DNA of 64,000 nucleotides from Convolutriloba macropyga (Eukaryota): positions 20,398,001 to 20,462,000 of the forward strand of contig NC_134481.1 of NCBI RefSeq assembly GCF_964194025.1. Direction: 5' to 3'. The translations under genes and the position numbers were made by a program. Below, one piece after another: positions 12,486 through 26,480 of this stretch. The stretch's first letter is position 1, and every line of letters begins with the position of its first letter. The notes beneath the pieces were generated by a model, which had not been told where the DNA came from, did no database searches, and saw only the letters and a list, made by a program, of their open reading frames with translations.

Positions 12486-13100
12486 GGTGTAACTTGGCTG
12501 AATACTTCCCCGACTGCGACAGATCGAAGACCTTTTTTTTCAATGGAATAAGGGAAGCAATATGTAAAATTGAGGCTGACAGATGAGGAACTCGAGCCGT
12601 TTTTACAATTTTCGCGATCCCCTGTATGACGTCTAGATTGATTAGGTTCAGCGTAGGTGAAACCCAGCAAAATAATTTTTGGATATCTAATTGAGGGACC
12701 TGTGGCAGTACAAAATTAAAACCATTGCAATTCATTGAACACTTGGTGATCGTCAATTTGGTGGTATAAGTCTGTGTAGTCCTGAGACATCAGTTGATGT
12801 AATTTAATTGCTGAAGTTATTTCCTCTAGTTGTTATTGTTAGGTTGGAATCAACGCAAAGCTAAAACTTTAGCTGTCCGAACACAATGGTGTTTTGACAA
12901 ATTAACTTTAGTTCGGGATTCTATGCCAGTTGAGAGTCGTTGTCTTGTTTTCTAGACTGCTAGATTGCTCACTTGACGTAATTTTGTTCCCCAGACATGC
13001 ACTGTCTCCAACAAATGTCAAAATAGTTGGCTTGCAGTTGGCTTAGAAAACGGCTTGCAGTAATTTGTACTAAGAATAAAGTAAGAAAAATTAAACTTAT
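12486..13100 (-). mobile_element. Decayed CRE-like non-LTR retrotransposon fragment
   Basis: Frameshifted ASLIPLKKK-GLRSVAVGEVFSQV resembles the LIPL.K...RPIAVGEV motif of CRE-clade RTs. Confidence 0.6.
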
Positions 13101-13163
13101 GACAAACCTGTAGATAAAAATAGTCGTTTCCATGGAAAAGAACTGTAGAAACGGCTGGAAAAA

Positions 13164-13308
13164 NNNNNNNNNNNNNNNNNNNNNNNNNNNNNNNNNNNNN
13201 NNNNNNNNNNNNNNNNNNNNNNNNNNNNNNNNNNNNNNNNNNNNNNNNNNNNNNNNNNNNNNNNNNNNNNNNNNNNNNNNNNNNNNNNNNNNNNNNNNNN
13301 NNNNNNNN
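13164..13308. other. Assembly gap (N run)
   Basis: Run of N. Confidence 0.99.
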
Positions 13309-14744
13309 CAGTTCTTTTTAAATTGTTTTTTTTAAACAGTTTTTAAAGAAATAACATCCTGAAATTTTTTCCCAGCCTTTCTTAGTTGACAGTCGCATTT
13401 TAAGTAATGACAGGACTGCGTTCAAGTGGAAATAGTAACACATTGCAAAATGTTCCCTGCAAAAAAAACCCAATAAACGCTCAATTAAACTCTAAAATAA
13501 TTCTTCTTTTGATTTTCCGATACATTTAAAATGAATGCAACAGGTACTCTGCATTGTGTCAGTTTTTTTAAAATCTTTGATTAATAGTTCAAAACATTGA
13601 AGACGTTTTTTTATCGCGTTTTTGTATAGATTAATACTGAATTATCATTACGAGGATTGCATTTGTCTGTTTTCTCTAATGCGAGTGTCTGATTCGAGTG
13701 CAAATTGTTCCCAGATTCCAAAAACTCTGCTGATTGCCTTTTAGCGCACTCACTACTTCATCAACGGATCTTAAAGATAATTCAATATATAGATAGCTCT
13801 TTCCCTGTGCATTACACTTTGATCAATAAAAAGCGGACACGATCAAAATCAGTAATCGGCGGACTCGTAACCGATGTTGTTTTGTTTTCAAATTTTGCGT
13901 AAAACCACTTTTTGCATTTCACAAGTTCAACAACTATGGACTGTCCTGTAACAAAACACTCACATTTCTGCAGATATTCAATTGATTGTCTCTTTTGAGG
14001 GGTCATTTCGTATTGTGTTTCCATCAAACGGTAAACCAGAATTATTGCATGGCATTCGTCAATTGTTATCTCGAGAAATATGAATTTTTTGACCTTAAGT
14101 ATTTCATTTGCTGGAGCGATCGAAGTGATTTTGCTTTGGTCTCTATTTTAACCCTGTTTTGTGTGATAGTTTAGTGAAGAATTCAGAAGGGTTGTGTTAA
14201 CAGCGGCCAGTAACCAATAGGACAGGTTTCACGGGAGTTTCATTATTGTTTACAATACAACCTGTCACGTGACCGTCGGTCAAAAATTTGGAAAGATCTA
14301 AGATTGCATCATGCGTTATTTGGATTGCGTCAAGTGTCTTTCTAAAAGAATCTAAAGGTTTTAAGGTACATAAATGTTTTAAGTATGAAGAATTTAGATC
14401 GGAAACCTAATGGCTAAGGATTCGAACCTTTTTTTATCAATCAAGATGCGCAGAGAACTTGAAAACGGATAAAATAGTTGAAGCAGATATGTTGCATGAG
14501 AGTAATGATTTTTTTGCCACAATAAACTCCAAAATTTGCCAAAGTGTAAATAAAAAATGGGCTATTTTGTAATCTTCTGTTAGAATTTTGGCTAATGCCC
14601 CTTCTCAATTCATTCGGAGGTATTGCTGCCGATTGCAGCCGATTATTTGATTGAGAAATATTCCCCTCCTCCAATTAATTTTTAATAGATAACAAATTTT
14701 CACTGAATGTATCCGGCTATTATGTAGCATTATTAAGTTTTGCT

Positions 14745-14930
14745 TTTTTAATGCCTCTCAAACGAGGATTTTTTTAAGCAATTATACTAGTTAAGCGTTT
14801 TTTTTTTCAAAACGATTTTTTTCTTGACGGATTTTGTTCTGACCGATTTGATATTTCCTCCTCAAAAACGCGATAAACGGATAACACATTATGTTCTCTT
14901 AGATCATTACGCCGTACCAGCGAATCGCGA
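14745..14930 (+). mobile_element. Diverged 5' part of a Helentron-type repeat, family A
   Basis: TTAATGCCTCTCAAACGAGG...AGCAATTATACTAG...CCTCAAAAACGCGATAAAC matches the copies at 49635 and 57437. Confidence 0.6.
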
Positions 14931-15239
14931 AAACTGGTTTGTGGAGAAATTTTCATCTTGTGAAGGGTCTTTCTTAATCTTTAATGAGTTGACATTCGCG
15001 AGTACTGGCAGAGGTCAACGACGCGTGCTTCATGATGTCAAACATGAGGTGCAACGTCGCAACTTTTTTATTGGATGGGCTTCCACGAAACTTGTCTTTG
15101 GAAAAATTAGGAATTCTTGGAAAGAACTGAACTCCAAAACATAATTATTGACCATTTGTGGAATTAGTTTGATAAATATTGGATATCAAATTTCTGGTTA
15201 GTGGATTTTTACATGCAACCATGAAATTAAGGGTTACAC

Positions 15240-15689
15240 AAATCTCGTGATGTTACGACAAAGTCACAATAATTATGATAAAGGTGATGTTACGACAAAA
15301 TCACAATAGTGATAATAAAGATCTGGAAGAAATTTAAGAAATAAATCGCAGAAATAAAAGCCGATTGTTTTGACATCTGTGCTAGTTAACAAACCCTTGA
15401 AAAACATGATCTGTATTCAGTATCAAAGCAGAAGAACACTCGTGTCAAAACAAAGTTAAACCAACATCTATGCCATTAGAGGATTTGAAGCATGCCTCTC
15501 GTCTCAAGATCTCTTTTGGTTTAAATTTGAAATTGAAATCCCGTATGATATAAAAACATCTGTTGGGGTTCATGAGAACTGGAAACAGTATCTGAGAAAG
15601 TCTCCAAATCATTTGAAATAGAAGTCTTTAGAGCACGCAAGTTCAGTAAAATACAAAAGTGTCTGCGTAGCATAAGAAAATTTCCTCTT
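15240..15689 (+). mobile_element. Decayed CR1/L2-like LINE, left part (interrupted by element 2)
   Basis: A-rich coding-like remnant that appears continuous with the RT remnants after 23673. Confidence 0.4.
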
Positions 15690-16718
15690 TGTTGGAGCTG
15701 AGCTTAAGGAATAACAAGCTTGCATAGGCGGGGGAAAATAGAAACAAAACATTTTCTGTTGTCTTAGTCATTTAATAGTTATAGTTATAGTTCTAGTTCT
15801 AGTTACAGTTTGTCACGTGAGAAAAAAGAGAAAAAGGGGGAAATAACAAAAAGCAACACACAGAACTCAACGTAGTAGCCGCAGAAAACGGCTGAAAGTA
15901 TAACTCAGCAAAATATTGCAAAACAAATTGTCTTGAGCGGTAAACAACGTGTTCCTGTGTCTTGAACTAGAAATATTCCTGAGCAGTAAATTGTTACTGT
16001 GTCTTGTATTCAAAATATTATTCTTGAGCAGTAAATTCTGTTACTGTGTCTTGTACCAACGAATTATCGGAGCTGAAATTCAACCGTTACAACCCCAACT
16101 TCTGGTATTCTCAACTTGTGAGTACAAACAGCAAAAGCCAACTTAAGTTTAAATTTAAATATTTTTGCACAAACAGGTCTTAGACATATATCTTTGTCTT
16201 TGATTTGTTTTTTCGATCGGATTGAACTGGTATACATAAAGAGATCCCGTATTGTGTGATCTGTAGCAATCCAGTTGAAATTGAAAGTTAGAAAAATTAT
16301 TATTCTTGTTCAGTTATAGTCATAGTAACTCACCCTTTTTCTGTAATCTTTGTAGCAGAAAGCTGAAACTTTGTAGAAGTATAGCCAATTTACAAGGCTA
16401 CAATTTGTTGGAATTAGATTTCCAAAATTTGGTTTATAGCTTGAATTATTTAACAAAATTCGAGCAGAAATTGATTGTTTCAATTTGAGTTATTTTGTTA
16501 TTCTGAGAGAAACAATTTTGTTATTCAGCAAAGCTGAGCGATTAGTTAGCAGGAGTAATTGAGCAACAAGTAATGCAACGGTAAGTACAGCAGAGCGGAT
16601 ATACAGTTACAAAAGCGAACTGCATAAACGAAGTATCCGGACAGATTTTGTAACCACTCAGAACGAACTGGGCGGTGTAAAACTTTCTTTGTGAAACACA
16701 AGGAGAGCAGCCGTTACT
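15690..16718 (+). repeat. 5' LTR of element 2
   Basis: Direct repeat of 22643-23672; starts TGTTGGAG and ends GTTACT. Contains (TAGTTA/C)n and three ~40-nt subrepeats. Confidence 0.97.
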
Positions 16719-16720
16719 TT

Positions 16721-16738
16721 TGGTCCGCCGACCCGGAC
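16721..16738 (+). promoter_or_regulatory. Primer binding site (tRNA-Tyr-like)
   Basis: TGGTCCGCCGACCCGGAC 2 nt after the LTR; its pattern resembles the TGGTCCTTCGAGCCGGA Tyr-type PBS. The tRNA identity is inferred. Confidence 0.75.
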
Positions 16739-16936
16739 AGTGGAATAAACTGCTGTCCAACCCAACTTTCGAAGTGACGAAGTCATCGACGAACGAGAAC
16801 AAAACTCAACGAGCAATTCAACAACGCAAAGCCAATTAGGCAAAGTGCATTAGAAGTTGAATAGCAAGGCTTAATTAAAGCAAATAAACAAAAGGTACTG
16901 TAGAGATTCAAGCTGCAGTCCCAAAGTACAAACGCA

Positions 16937-19900
16937 GTGACTCCGTCACAGAGTCAAGACATTTTGCAGAGACAGATTAGCAACTCCACAAAACAAATCG
17001 AAGCAAAAATTCAGGAGGGTCAGGAACTAATCAGAAACAACGATAGATCAAGCAAACTCAAGACCATCTATAAACAGGTGCTGAAACTTGACGACTCTCT
17101 TTGCATTCTTAACCGAAAGCGAGCAAATTTTCTTGGGGATTCTGAATTGTTTGAACGTTACGAAGCCGACCGACTAAATTTCTTGCAAACATTAAACGCA
17201 GATTGGTTACCATACATTCACGGAGAAACAAACATGACGGATGAACAGAATCAAACCGCACAATTGACAAGCGATGCAGAACCAACTGCCGCTAAGTCTT
17301 CACAGTCTGTTGTGGGAGTTTCTCAACAAACTGCTGAACATGGAAACCCAAACAGGGACAATGATTCAAAGGCCTTCTCTGATAAACGAGCTAAAAACGC
17401 AGAAAAGCTTGCGGGTCTAGAGAAAGACTTTGCATCAAAAATGAGGTTGAAGAAAATTGAATTCGAATTGAAAAGGAAGGAGCTTGAAATGGAGATGCAA
17501 CTTTTTGAAGAAGAAGGTGCACTGAAACTGGAATACGAGAAAGAAGCTCTTGACGCAAGAGCTTCAGATTCTGATGATAGTGCAGCCCCTAGTATGCGAA
17601 GTAGATCACCATTCAACTGGAAAACCCCGAAGAATAAAGATGTTTCCGGTTGGCTTGATAACTCGGATAAATTCTCCAACTTGCACGATCATAGTTTCGA
17701 GCGTTCAAAAAACAGGAGCGGCAACAATTATCCCAGGGTAAGCTTCAATCGTGAAGGTGTACTTAAATCACGGTCACCAAGTGGAGAGCGTGCCATCACA
17801 GCCCGGGAACAAGACAAGCTTAAGCGCAATAAACCAAGCAGTCAGCTACCTAAGTTGAAGTTGAGTTCTTTCGACGGAAACCCCCTAGAGTGGCCGGAGT
17901 GGTCGAATATGTTCAAAGCGACGGTTCACCATCGCGATATACCCGACTCAGAGAAAATGAGCCACTTGAAAACTTTGTTGACAGGTAAAGCAAAGTCAGC
18001 TATATCAGGAATGGGCTATTCGGGGGAATTCTACGCTCAAGCGTGGGAACTCCTGGGACGGAAGTTTGGGCGACCTTACCTAATTGTCGACGCTCAGCTT
18101 AACATGTTGCGCAAACAACAACCAATTCGAATGCACGACTCAACGGCTATAATTAATTACTCAAAAACAATCAGCAACCTAGTTAATGTACTGAAGCAAT
18201 ACAACTATGAGGGCGACCTGCAATCAAGTTCAACACTGCAAGTGGCAATTGAAAAATTGCCCCCAAACTTGAAAGAAAAATGGTTCTTTTTCGTTGACGA
18301 GTGTCAAGAAGATAGGCCCGATCTCACTCTCCTTGAAAAATGGTTAGCTCGAATGGCTTTTGTCCATGAAGGAATGCCATCAACCAAGAGCGAACGGAAG
18401 GAAGATGATCGACCAAACGCTAACAAAGAAAAACGTTTCTCAAAATCGTCAAATGTTACTGCGAGTTCGAATGCGAGCGAAACGAAGCAAATGCAAAACA
18501 ACAACTGCCCACTAGCGGATGGCACTCATAAAATATGGAACTGTCCAACATTTAAGAATATGAATGTCACCGATCGCTATGCAGCAGTGAGAAAAGAACG
18601 CTTATGCTATGGATGTCTGGGGAAAGGGCATGCAATCAAAGATTGTAAAGTCCACCCGTGCGGTATAAATGGATGTACCAAAAAGCACAACAGACTGCTA
18701 CACTCAGAAAACCAAATGGACGAGGGTAGTCACGCAGTTAATGTAAGCGCAGCAACAATCAACCAGAGTAACCAAGTTACTAGTTTTCTTCAAATAGTTC
18801 CGGTATCGGTTCAGAGCGGTGGTAACAGGTTGACTACCTACGCTTTCCTCGATAGTGGGTCAACAGTATCATTCATCGATCAAAGTGTCAAGGATCAACT
18901 ACAAGCCAAAGGCACGGACGTTACCTTGAACATAGCTGGCATACATGGGACGCAAGATTTGAGGACAGAGAAGGTTCCTATCACAATAAAGGGACTAAAT
19001 TCAAATGTGCATTCAATTGAAGCGTTTGCACACCCATCAATCTCGTTGGGAAACACAACATATGATTACAAGGAACTGAAGAACAACTTCAGACACCTGA
19101 ATGTTCTCACAAACAGAACATTCAACCTGATGGAAGTAGGCATCATACTTGGACAAGATGCCTACGAAATTCAACGTCCATTAGGCTATAAGATTGGAAC
19201 AAGAAGTGAGCCTTTCGCCGTCTTAACAGAATTAGGATGGGTAGTCAGTGCTCCCATGACAGGCAAGAAAAGTCAAAATGTTTGTCATTTTGCCTCCACA
19301 GAAGATGTGAAAGTGGCTGAAAATATACAATCATGGTGGGACATAGAAACCTATGCTTCCAAAATAAATGTTGTAAGTCAATCAAAGAAAGAGCAGCGAG
19401 CTCAGAAATTTCTAGAGAGCACGACAAAGTTTACAGGCGAGCGGTACGAAGTGGGCATGCTCTGGAGTGAACCAGAACCCAATCTCCCAAACAACTACGG
19501 CTCGGCCCTTGGTCAGCTCTACTCACTGGAACGAAGATTCCAACGAGACCCAAACTTAAAAGAATTGTATCAACAGTCAATTGATACAGATGTTGAAAAA
19601 GGATTTGTGAAGATCCTTGGCAAATCGGAAGTCAAAGGCACTTTCGGAAAGGAATGGTATTTGCCACACCATCCAGTACTAAACCCCAACAAACCGGGTA
19701 AAGTTCGCCGTGTTTGCAACGCTGCAGCAAAATACAAGGATATATGCCTAAATGACAAGTTGTTAGCCGGACCCGATCTACTACACGGATTGATCGGAAC
19801 AATATTCAGATTTCCAGAAGGACCAATTGCCCTAACCGCAGATATTGAATCAATGTTTCTGCAAGTGCAAGTTCCTGAACGGGATAAAAGCTGCTTGAGA

Positions 19901-22667
19901 TTTTTGTGGCGACCAACAATGAACGAACCTGTGCAAATATACGAGTATCAACGTCATGTTTTTGGAGCAAAAAGTTCACCAACATGTGCCAACTACGCTC
20001 TGAAGCGAGTAGCAATCGACAACGAGGACGAGTTCCCAATTGCAGCGAAAACAATCCAAAACAACTTCTACATGGACGATCTCATCAAGTCAGTCGAAAC
20101 ACCTGAAGAAGCAATCAATGTTTTCAAACAACTGCAACCTCTTCTCTCTAAACAAGGATTTGAACTGAAGAAGTGGATCACCAACAGCGACGCGGTAACC
20201 AGCGCAATCCCAGAGGACTTAAGATCAATCACCAAAACAAAGCAGGTTGAAGTAGAAACGAGCCAGCTGGGGTCATCGGTGCTTGGGCTTCAGTGGACGA
20301 TAACCGATGATAGTCTACAGGTTTGTAGAGGAACAAGCAAAAGAAGTTGAGAACCCAATCACCCAAAGGAAGATCTTATCTCTAGTTTCTTTAGTATTTG
20401 ATCCTCTTGGACTGTTTGCACCATTCAGTGTTCATAGGAGACGACTCCTTAAGAGCATCTGGACCAAAAATGGACAACATTGGGACAACTCAGTAGAACC
20501 TAACGAAGAAGAAAGGTTTCTGAAGTGGAAGGCGCAGCTTCCAGAAGTAGCAGAAACCAGCATTGATAGAAGATACTTCAGCACAGCCAAGAACAAATGG
20601 GAACTTCATGTGTTTGCCGACGCATCTGAAGATACAATGTGCGCAACGGCATACCTACGTTCAAAGCCCAAAGAATACTCAGCAGACTTAGCATTTGTAA
20701 TCGGAAAGTGCAGAGTCGCACCTATGCGACACCTTTCCATACCACGCTTGGAACTACAAGCAGCAGTGATGGCGGTGAGACTTAAAGAGCAGATAGTGAA
20801 GGAACACGAATCGAAGATTCACAGTTCTAACTTTTGGACAGACTCCACTACTGTTCTGCAATAGATTCACAGCTCCCACCGTAAGCAACAGGTGTTTGTT
20901 GCAAACAGAGTAGCTGAGATTTTGGATACAACTAATGTTTCACAATGGAATCTTGTGAGTGGTATTAACAATCCAGCTGACATCGGGACACGAGCGATCG
21001 ATGTTGACGAACTCAAGAGAAGTGAATGGCTCACTGGGCCGGCCTGGTTGAAGCAGCGAGAAAACGAATGGCCTGAACAAGTGGCTTTAACATTTGCTTC
21101 AGACGAATAAAACGACCAAATGGTCTTCTCAGCAAAGGTTGAAGAGAAGAAGCCGATGATTCAGTGGGAACGATTCAGCAATTACAATCGACTAGTAAAT
21201 ACAATGGCATACATACAGCGGGTATTCAACAAACACAAACCGGCAACAAAAACACTAAGTGTTGAAGAAAGAGAGGATGCACAAGCAAGCATCTTCAGAC
21301 TACTGCAGCAAGAACAGTTTACTGAAGAGATGAAATCTCTCAAGGCTGAAAGGGAAATTCCAAAAAACAGCAAAATCCTCCAGTTTTCACCATTCATATA
21401 CCAGCAAGGACTTATTCGTGCTCAAGGCAGAATAGGTAAAAGTCATCTGAACTTCGAAACCAAGCATCCAATACTGTTACATTGGAAGCACCATGTAGTT
21501 GAATTATTCTTGCAAAATGAACATAAGAATAATCACCACGAAGGTACTGAACATGTCAGAAACATAGTCCAGCAAAAATTCTGGATCCTAGGCATACGAA
21601 ATGCTTTGAGATCGATCAAAAACAAATGCATTAGATGTCGAAAGGGAAGAGCCCAAACAAAGGCACCAGTAATGGCAGATCTACCTGAAGAAAGATTAGT
21701 CGCATCAACAGTGTTCTCGAATGTGGGCGTAGACTATTTCGGACCATTCACAGTAAAGATTGGTCGAAGAAACGAAAAGCGTTGGTGCTGTCTATTCACA
21801 TGCCTTACTGTACGTGCGGTACATATAGAGGTTGCACCAAAACTAGACACTGATTGTTGTCTGAACGCAATTATGCGATTCATTGCACGAAGAGGCAAAC
21901 CGGTCAAAATGATTAGCGATAACGGGACAAACTTCGTTGGAGCTGAAAAAGAACTGGCAGAGTATATAGCAGCATGGAACAAGGTGCGAATTGAAGAATA
22001 TCTGATTCAACAAGGTATCAGATGGAAGTTCAACCCACCTGCATCACCACACTTTGGAGGAGTATGGGAAAGACTGGTTAGGAGTTGCAAGAAGGCAATG
22101 TACGCAGTGCTGGGCAATCGATCAGTCACGGAGGACGTTCTGTCAACCACGATGTGTCTTGTTGAACAGACGCTGAATGCTAGACCGCTGACACAAGTCA
22201 GTTCTGATGCTACCGATTTAGAAGCTATTACTCCAAACCATTTCCTAATTGGCAACAAGAACCTTTGTTTACCGTATCTATCAGGTGCAGAGCAATTTGT
22301 TGATCATAGAAAGCTCTTTCGACAAACACAAGCTTACGCAGACCTCATCTGGGACAGATTCCGTAAAGAATACTTGCCAACGTTGAATAGTCGAAAGAAA
22401 TGGCAGACCACAACGGACAGAAGTCTTGAGCAGGGTGATCTTGTGTGGTTAGTGGAAGACAGTGACAAACGTGGATATTACAATCTGGGTCGAATAACCG
22501 AAACATTTGAAGGTTCCGACGGAGTGATTCGATCAGCGAAAATCCGAACAAAAGATGGATTCTACAAGAGGCCCGTAGTGAAGCTCGCTCCAGTACTACC
22601 AACTGACGATGATGTTTTCACGAAGAAAAACAGGGCCGGCGATGTTGGAGCTGAGCTTAAGGAATAA
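16937..22667 (+). pseudogene. gag-pol polyprotein of element 2 with one frameshift (~20340) and two in-frame stops (20862, 21108)
   Basis: ORFs 16937-20350, 20307-20864, 20892-21110 and 21120-22667: CCHC knuckles, LDSGS protease, YMDD RT, FADAS RNase H, DYFGP/SDNGTNF/WERLV integrase. Confidence 0.95.
22623..22642 (+). promoter_or_regulatory. Purine-rich tract (PPT) before the 3' LTR
   Basis: AAGAAAAACAGGGCCGGCGA immediately 5' of the LTR TG. Confidence 0.6.
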
Positions 22668-23672
22668 CAAGCTTGCATAGGCGGGGGAAAATAGAAACAA
22701 AACATTTTCTGTTGTCTTAGTCATTTAATAGTTATAGTTATAGTTCTAGTTCTAGTTACAGTTTGTCACGTGAGAAAAAAGAGAAAAAGGGGGAAATAAC
22801 AAAAAGCAACACACAGAACTCAACGTAGTAGCCGCAGAAAACGGCTGAAAGTATAACTCAGCAAAATATTGCAAAACAAATTGTCTTGAGTGGTAAACAA
22901 CGTGTTCCTGTGTCTTGAACTAGAAATATTCCTGAGCAGTAAATTGTTACTGTGTCTTGTATTCAAAATATTATTCTTGAGCAGTAAATTCTGTTACTGT
23001 GTCTTGTACCAACGAATTATCGGAGCTGAAATTCAACCGTTACAACCCCAACTTCTGGTATTCTCAACTTGTGAGTACAAACAGCAAAAGCCAACTTAAG
23101 TTTAAATTTAAATATTTTTGCACAAACAGGTCTTAGACATATATCTTTGTCTTTGATTTGTTTTTTCGATCGGATTGAACTGGTATACATAAAGAGATCC
23201 CGTATTGTGTGATCTGTAGCAATCCAGTTGAAATTGAAAGTTAGAAAAATTATTATTCTTGTTCAGTTATAGTCATAGTAACTCACCCTTTTTCTGTAAT
23301 CTTTGTAGCAGAAAGCTGAAACTTTGTAGAAGTATAGCCAATTTACAAGGCTACAATTTGTTGGAATTAGATTTCCAAAATTTGGTTTATAGCTTGAATT
23401 ATTTAACAAAATTCGAGCAGAAATTGATTGTTTCAATTTGAATTATTTTGTTATTCTGAGAGAAACAAGTTTGTTATTCAGCAAAGCTGAGCGATTAGTT
23501 AGCAGGAGTAATTGAGCAACAAGTAATGCAACGGTAAGTACAGCAGAGCGGATATACAGTTACAAAAGCGAACTGCATAAACGAAGTATCCGGACAGATT
23601 TTTGTAACCACTCAGAACGAACTGGGCGGTGTAAAACTTTCTTTGTGAAACACAAGGAGAGCAGCCGTTACA
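22643..23672 (+). repeat. 3' LTR of element 2
   Basis: TGTTGGAG...GTTACA, followed by the TSD CTCTT. Confidence 0.97.
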
Positions 23673-25300
23673 CTCTTTTACGCTCAATCATGAGACCCAA
23701 CGACAAAACACTAGAGACTGACGTCCAAAAATGCAAGGTTTTCAAAGAACTCTTCTCTAGTGTGCTAACAAGCTCCTAACAAGTTGAATCAAACACTTTT
23801 GCAAAAAAAACAGGTACAATTGGTTCAAAAAAGTCGAAAATTAGTGCAAAAATATTGAAGCCACTCAAAATCAACAAAGCAACAGGCTTTTACGGGTTTT
23901 TTATAACCAGAGTTTTATATAACCAATTATAAAAAACTCTTTCAGATTCACTATCAAATTTTTTAACATCTCTTTCAAACATTTCTAAAAATGGGCGTAT
24001 TCGCAACAACTGAAAAAGAGTGACGTGATTTCAATCTTCAGGGATGGAGGTAAGAGTGAAATAGGTCGATACCGCCTTATCAGTCAGCTATTTTGCATAT
24101 CAAAATTTTTTGAAAAATAGTTTTCGATTACATATGCGACAGCATGAAAGAAATAATATAATCATCACAGTCCGGGTTCCAAAAAAATGGTTGGCCGTTA
24201 CACAACGTATAAAATACCAACAGAAAATATGAGAAATCTTTTTAAAACCAATCTCAAGCACTTACTAGCTCTTTCTAGTTTTCAAAGGGTTTTTTTTACC
24301 TCATGAACTTAACAATCTTAAAAATCTTAACAATTTGGTTTTGGAGGGAAAAAATTAAGTCTCATTGTTTCTACCTGAACCAGAGACAGCAGTAGCTAAG
24401 ATTCAATGATAGAAAGTCCCAAAAATTTTGCGTAACAAGCAGGGTACACCAAGGTTCAATCCGTGCACGACTATTAATCATATTCCACATAACTGACCTC
24501 TTCTTTCGCTCAAAAGCACAAACTATTTTGGCTTAAAAGAAAGTCAGCCGAAAAGAGACCATAGCGTACAGACAATTAAGACTTGATGCAATGAAAAATG
24601 TATGAGAAAAAATACAAACAAGTGCACGCTTGCTAAATTAAAAATGCCACTTTAAACCAAAATCAATCAAGGAAAAAAGTAATGTGAATATATAAAAAAG
24701 ATCTCGGAATCTTTTCAATTTTATTTTATTCACTTTGTCAACACCTTCCAAAATTTTCTCCAGATACCACAAAAGTAAACGCCTATTAAGTTTATGTTGT
24801 ACTGATAGCAGTTTACAGAACTCAAGCCACGTCCTAAACAAAAAGCAATGTGAAAACATACGAACAAAACGTCCAAAAAAACGAACACTTGGATATCCAG
24901 TTACATGATAACCAATAAGCTTAGATTGCAAAAAAAGACGTCTGCTCCTCTTGTCAATATAAACCGAAATGCAGGTTATACTATTACTTTTTTTGTCGAA
25001 ATAAAAAAGATGTAACAATTTCCAATTGGATTAAAAAGGTCTACACCAAAACAAGACAAGGTACGCAGTATGAGAAGAAGCCAACTGACAGAGAAATTGT
25101 TGCCATAAATACAACGTTTTGTATTCAAACCAGTCCTTTAATCAAAAAAGGCTAAAATGAAAAAACTAAAGCTAATTTGACAAGGACATACTGGATTTTT
25201 TTCAAAAACTACTCAGAAACCGATACTTGTTCAAGGAGATTCAATTACCCATGTGGTAAGCGCAATAATAATGGCAAACTATACGTCCCAAGTTTATGAC
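23673..25300 (+). mobile_element. Decayed CR1/L2-like LINE RT, right part
   Basis: Remnant motifs in broken frames: INKATGF.G, YRLISQL.CISK.FEK, SQSGFQ, SRVHQGSI...L. Confidence 0.65.
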
Positions 25301-25399
25301 TATGTTTTTAGCTGCAAATCCGAGGGTATAAGATCCTTAAGTCTTTAATACTACCTCTAATCCATTTTGCTGGGAGAGATACCACTGTGTTGCTACCAA

Positions 25400-26480
25400 T
25401 CGAGTATCGTAAACTTACATGTCAAAAGAATATTCGCAGTCCTTGACGCCTTATGCGTGAAATCTTCAGAACAACGCAAAGCAAGTTTGTGTTATCTAGT
25501 GGATACGGGCCATGCAAAAATTTTACCATACCGTCAGTTCACTATAAGAGAAATCTGCATCAAAAATCACAAATCTCTGCCTGGTGGTATAGAAGTCAAT
25601 TTTATCTACGTCAACGGAGATCACATAGCCGAGCATAGACAACAATGTGCCCAGAAGAGAAGGGAACGGACAGAAAAACGCATTGCGGAGACAAACACTT
25701 CAACACGGTAGACGATCATCAGAGGCAGAAAATTCATCTTCCAGAAACCGTCGTAAGATTTCTGACTGAGGGCTTCATGAAGGCGCAGGAAAGAATGAGA
25801 AATAATCAAAAATAGTTGAACCCTCACATGACTGTTTTATTTTGACGGAAACTGTCAAAATTAATGAACTCTAAATCTCTAACTATATATGTACAGAAAA
25901 TCAAAGCCAATGAGCATTCTACAGGCCGTTCCAAATGCAGAATAACAATTTCTACATACCAACGCATCAATTCAAACTTTACAGGCAAACACAGAAGCGG
26001 CCAAATCCTTGCAGGAGAACTAGTTAATCTCAATTTTATAGCAGCCTATTTCCAACCAACAATTGAAATGGAGCATACAAAGGAAAAAACTAGTGGTAGT
26101 CTAAAAATTTTGACTTGAGGAATCAAACAACAGTCGAAGGCGACCTAAATGCTAGGCTGGAAATAAGTTCTCAAAGGATGACATTCAGCAATTTCTTTCT
26201 CACCAGTTTTTCCTGCTTTGAAGAACGCAAAGACCACTCAATTGTATCTAAGAAGGATCTATTGCAATTGATATAGTCTTCTCTAGTTGTAACTCCAAAT
26301 TCAAAGTGGGTTCTTAATCTCAGCACCTCCCCGTGTACTTTGCATAACCCCGTTTATTGTGCACACTACGGGCAAAATAAGCAGCTGAAACTAATATCAA
26401 TGGAGACGATGAACACAAAGAAACCAGTTTCTCAAATCCCAGACCTCATTGGTGTTTAAAATCCTAAAATTTGACATTGT
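25400..26480 (+). mobile_element. Decayed APE-type LINE (ORF1 end plus endonuclease), copy 1
   Basis: TGRSKC, AAYFQP and GDLNAR endonuclease remnants; repeated at ~28760-29700. Confidence 0.65.

Larger units (their letters stand above)
15690..23672 (+). mobile_element. Full-length young BEL/Pao LTR retrotransposon (element 2)
   Basis: TG...CA ends, two ~1.03-kb near-identical LTRs, 5-bp TSD CTCTT (15685-15689 and 23673-23677), PBS, PPT, and gag-PR-RT-RH-IN domain order. Confidence 0.98.

Noticed and set aside
14200-14290. CCAAT box plus TCACGTGA E-box as a promoter
   Set aside because: No adjacent gene can be supported, and short motifs like these occur by chance.
15949-16488. Short ORFs repeated in both LTRs of element 2 (env-like or accessory gene)
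   Set aside because: They lie within the LTR subrepeats, are under 70 aa, and show no env features.
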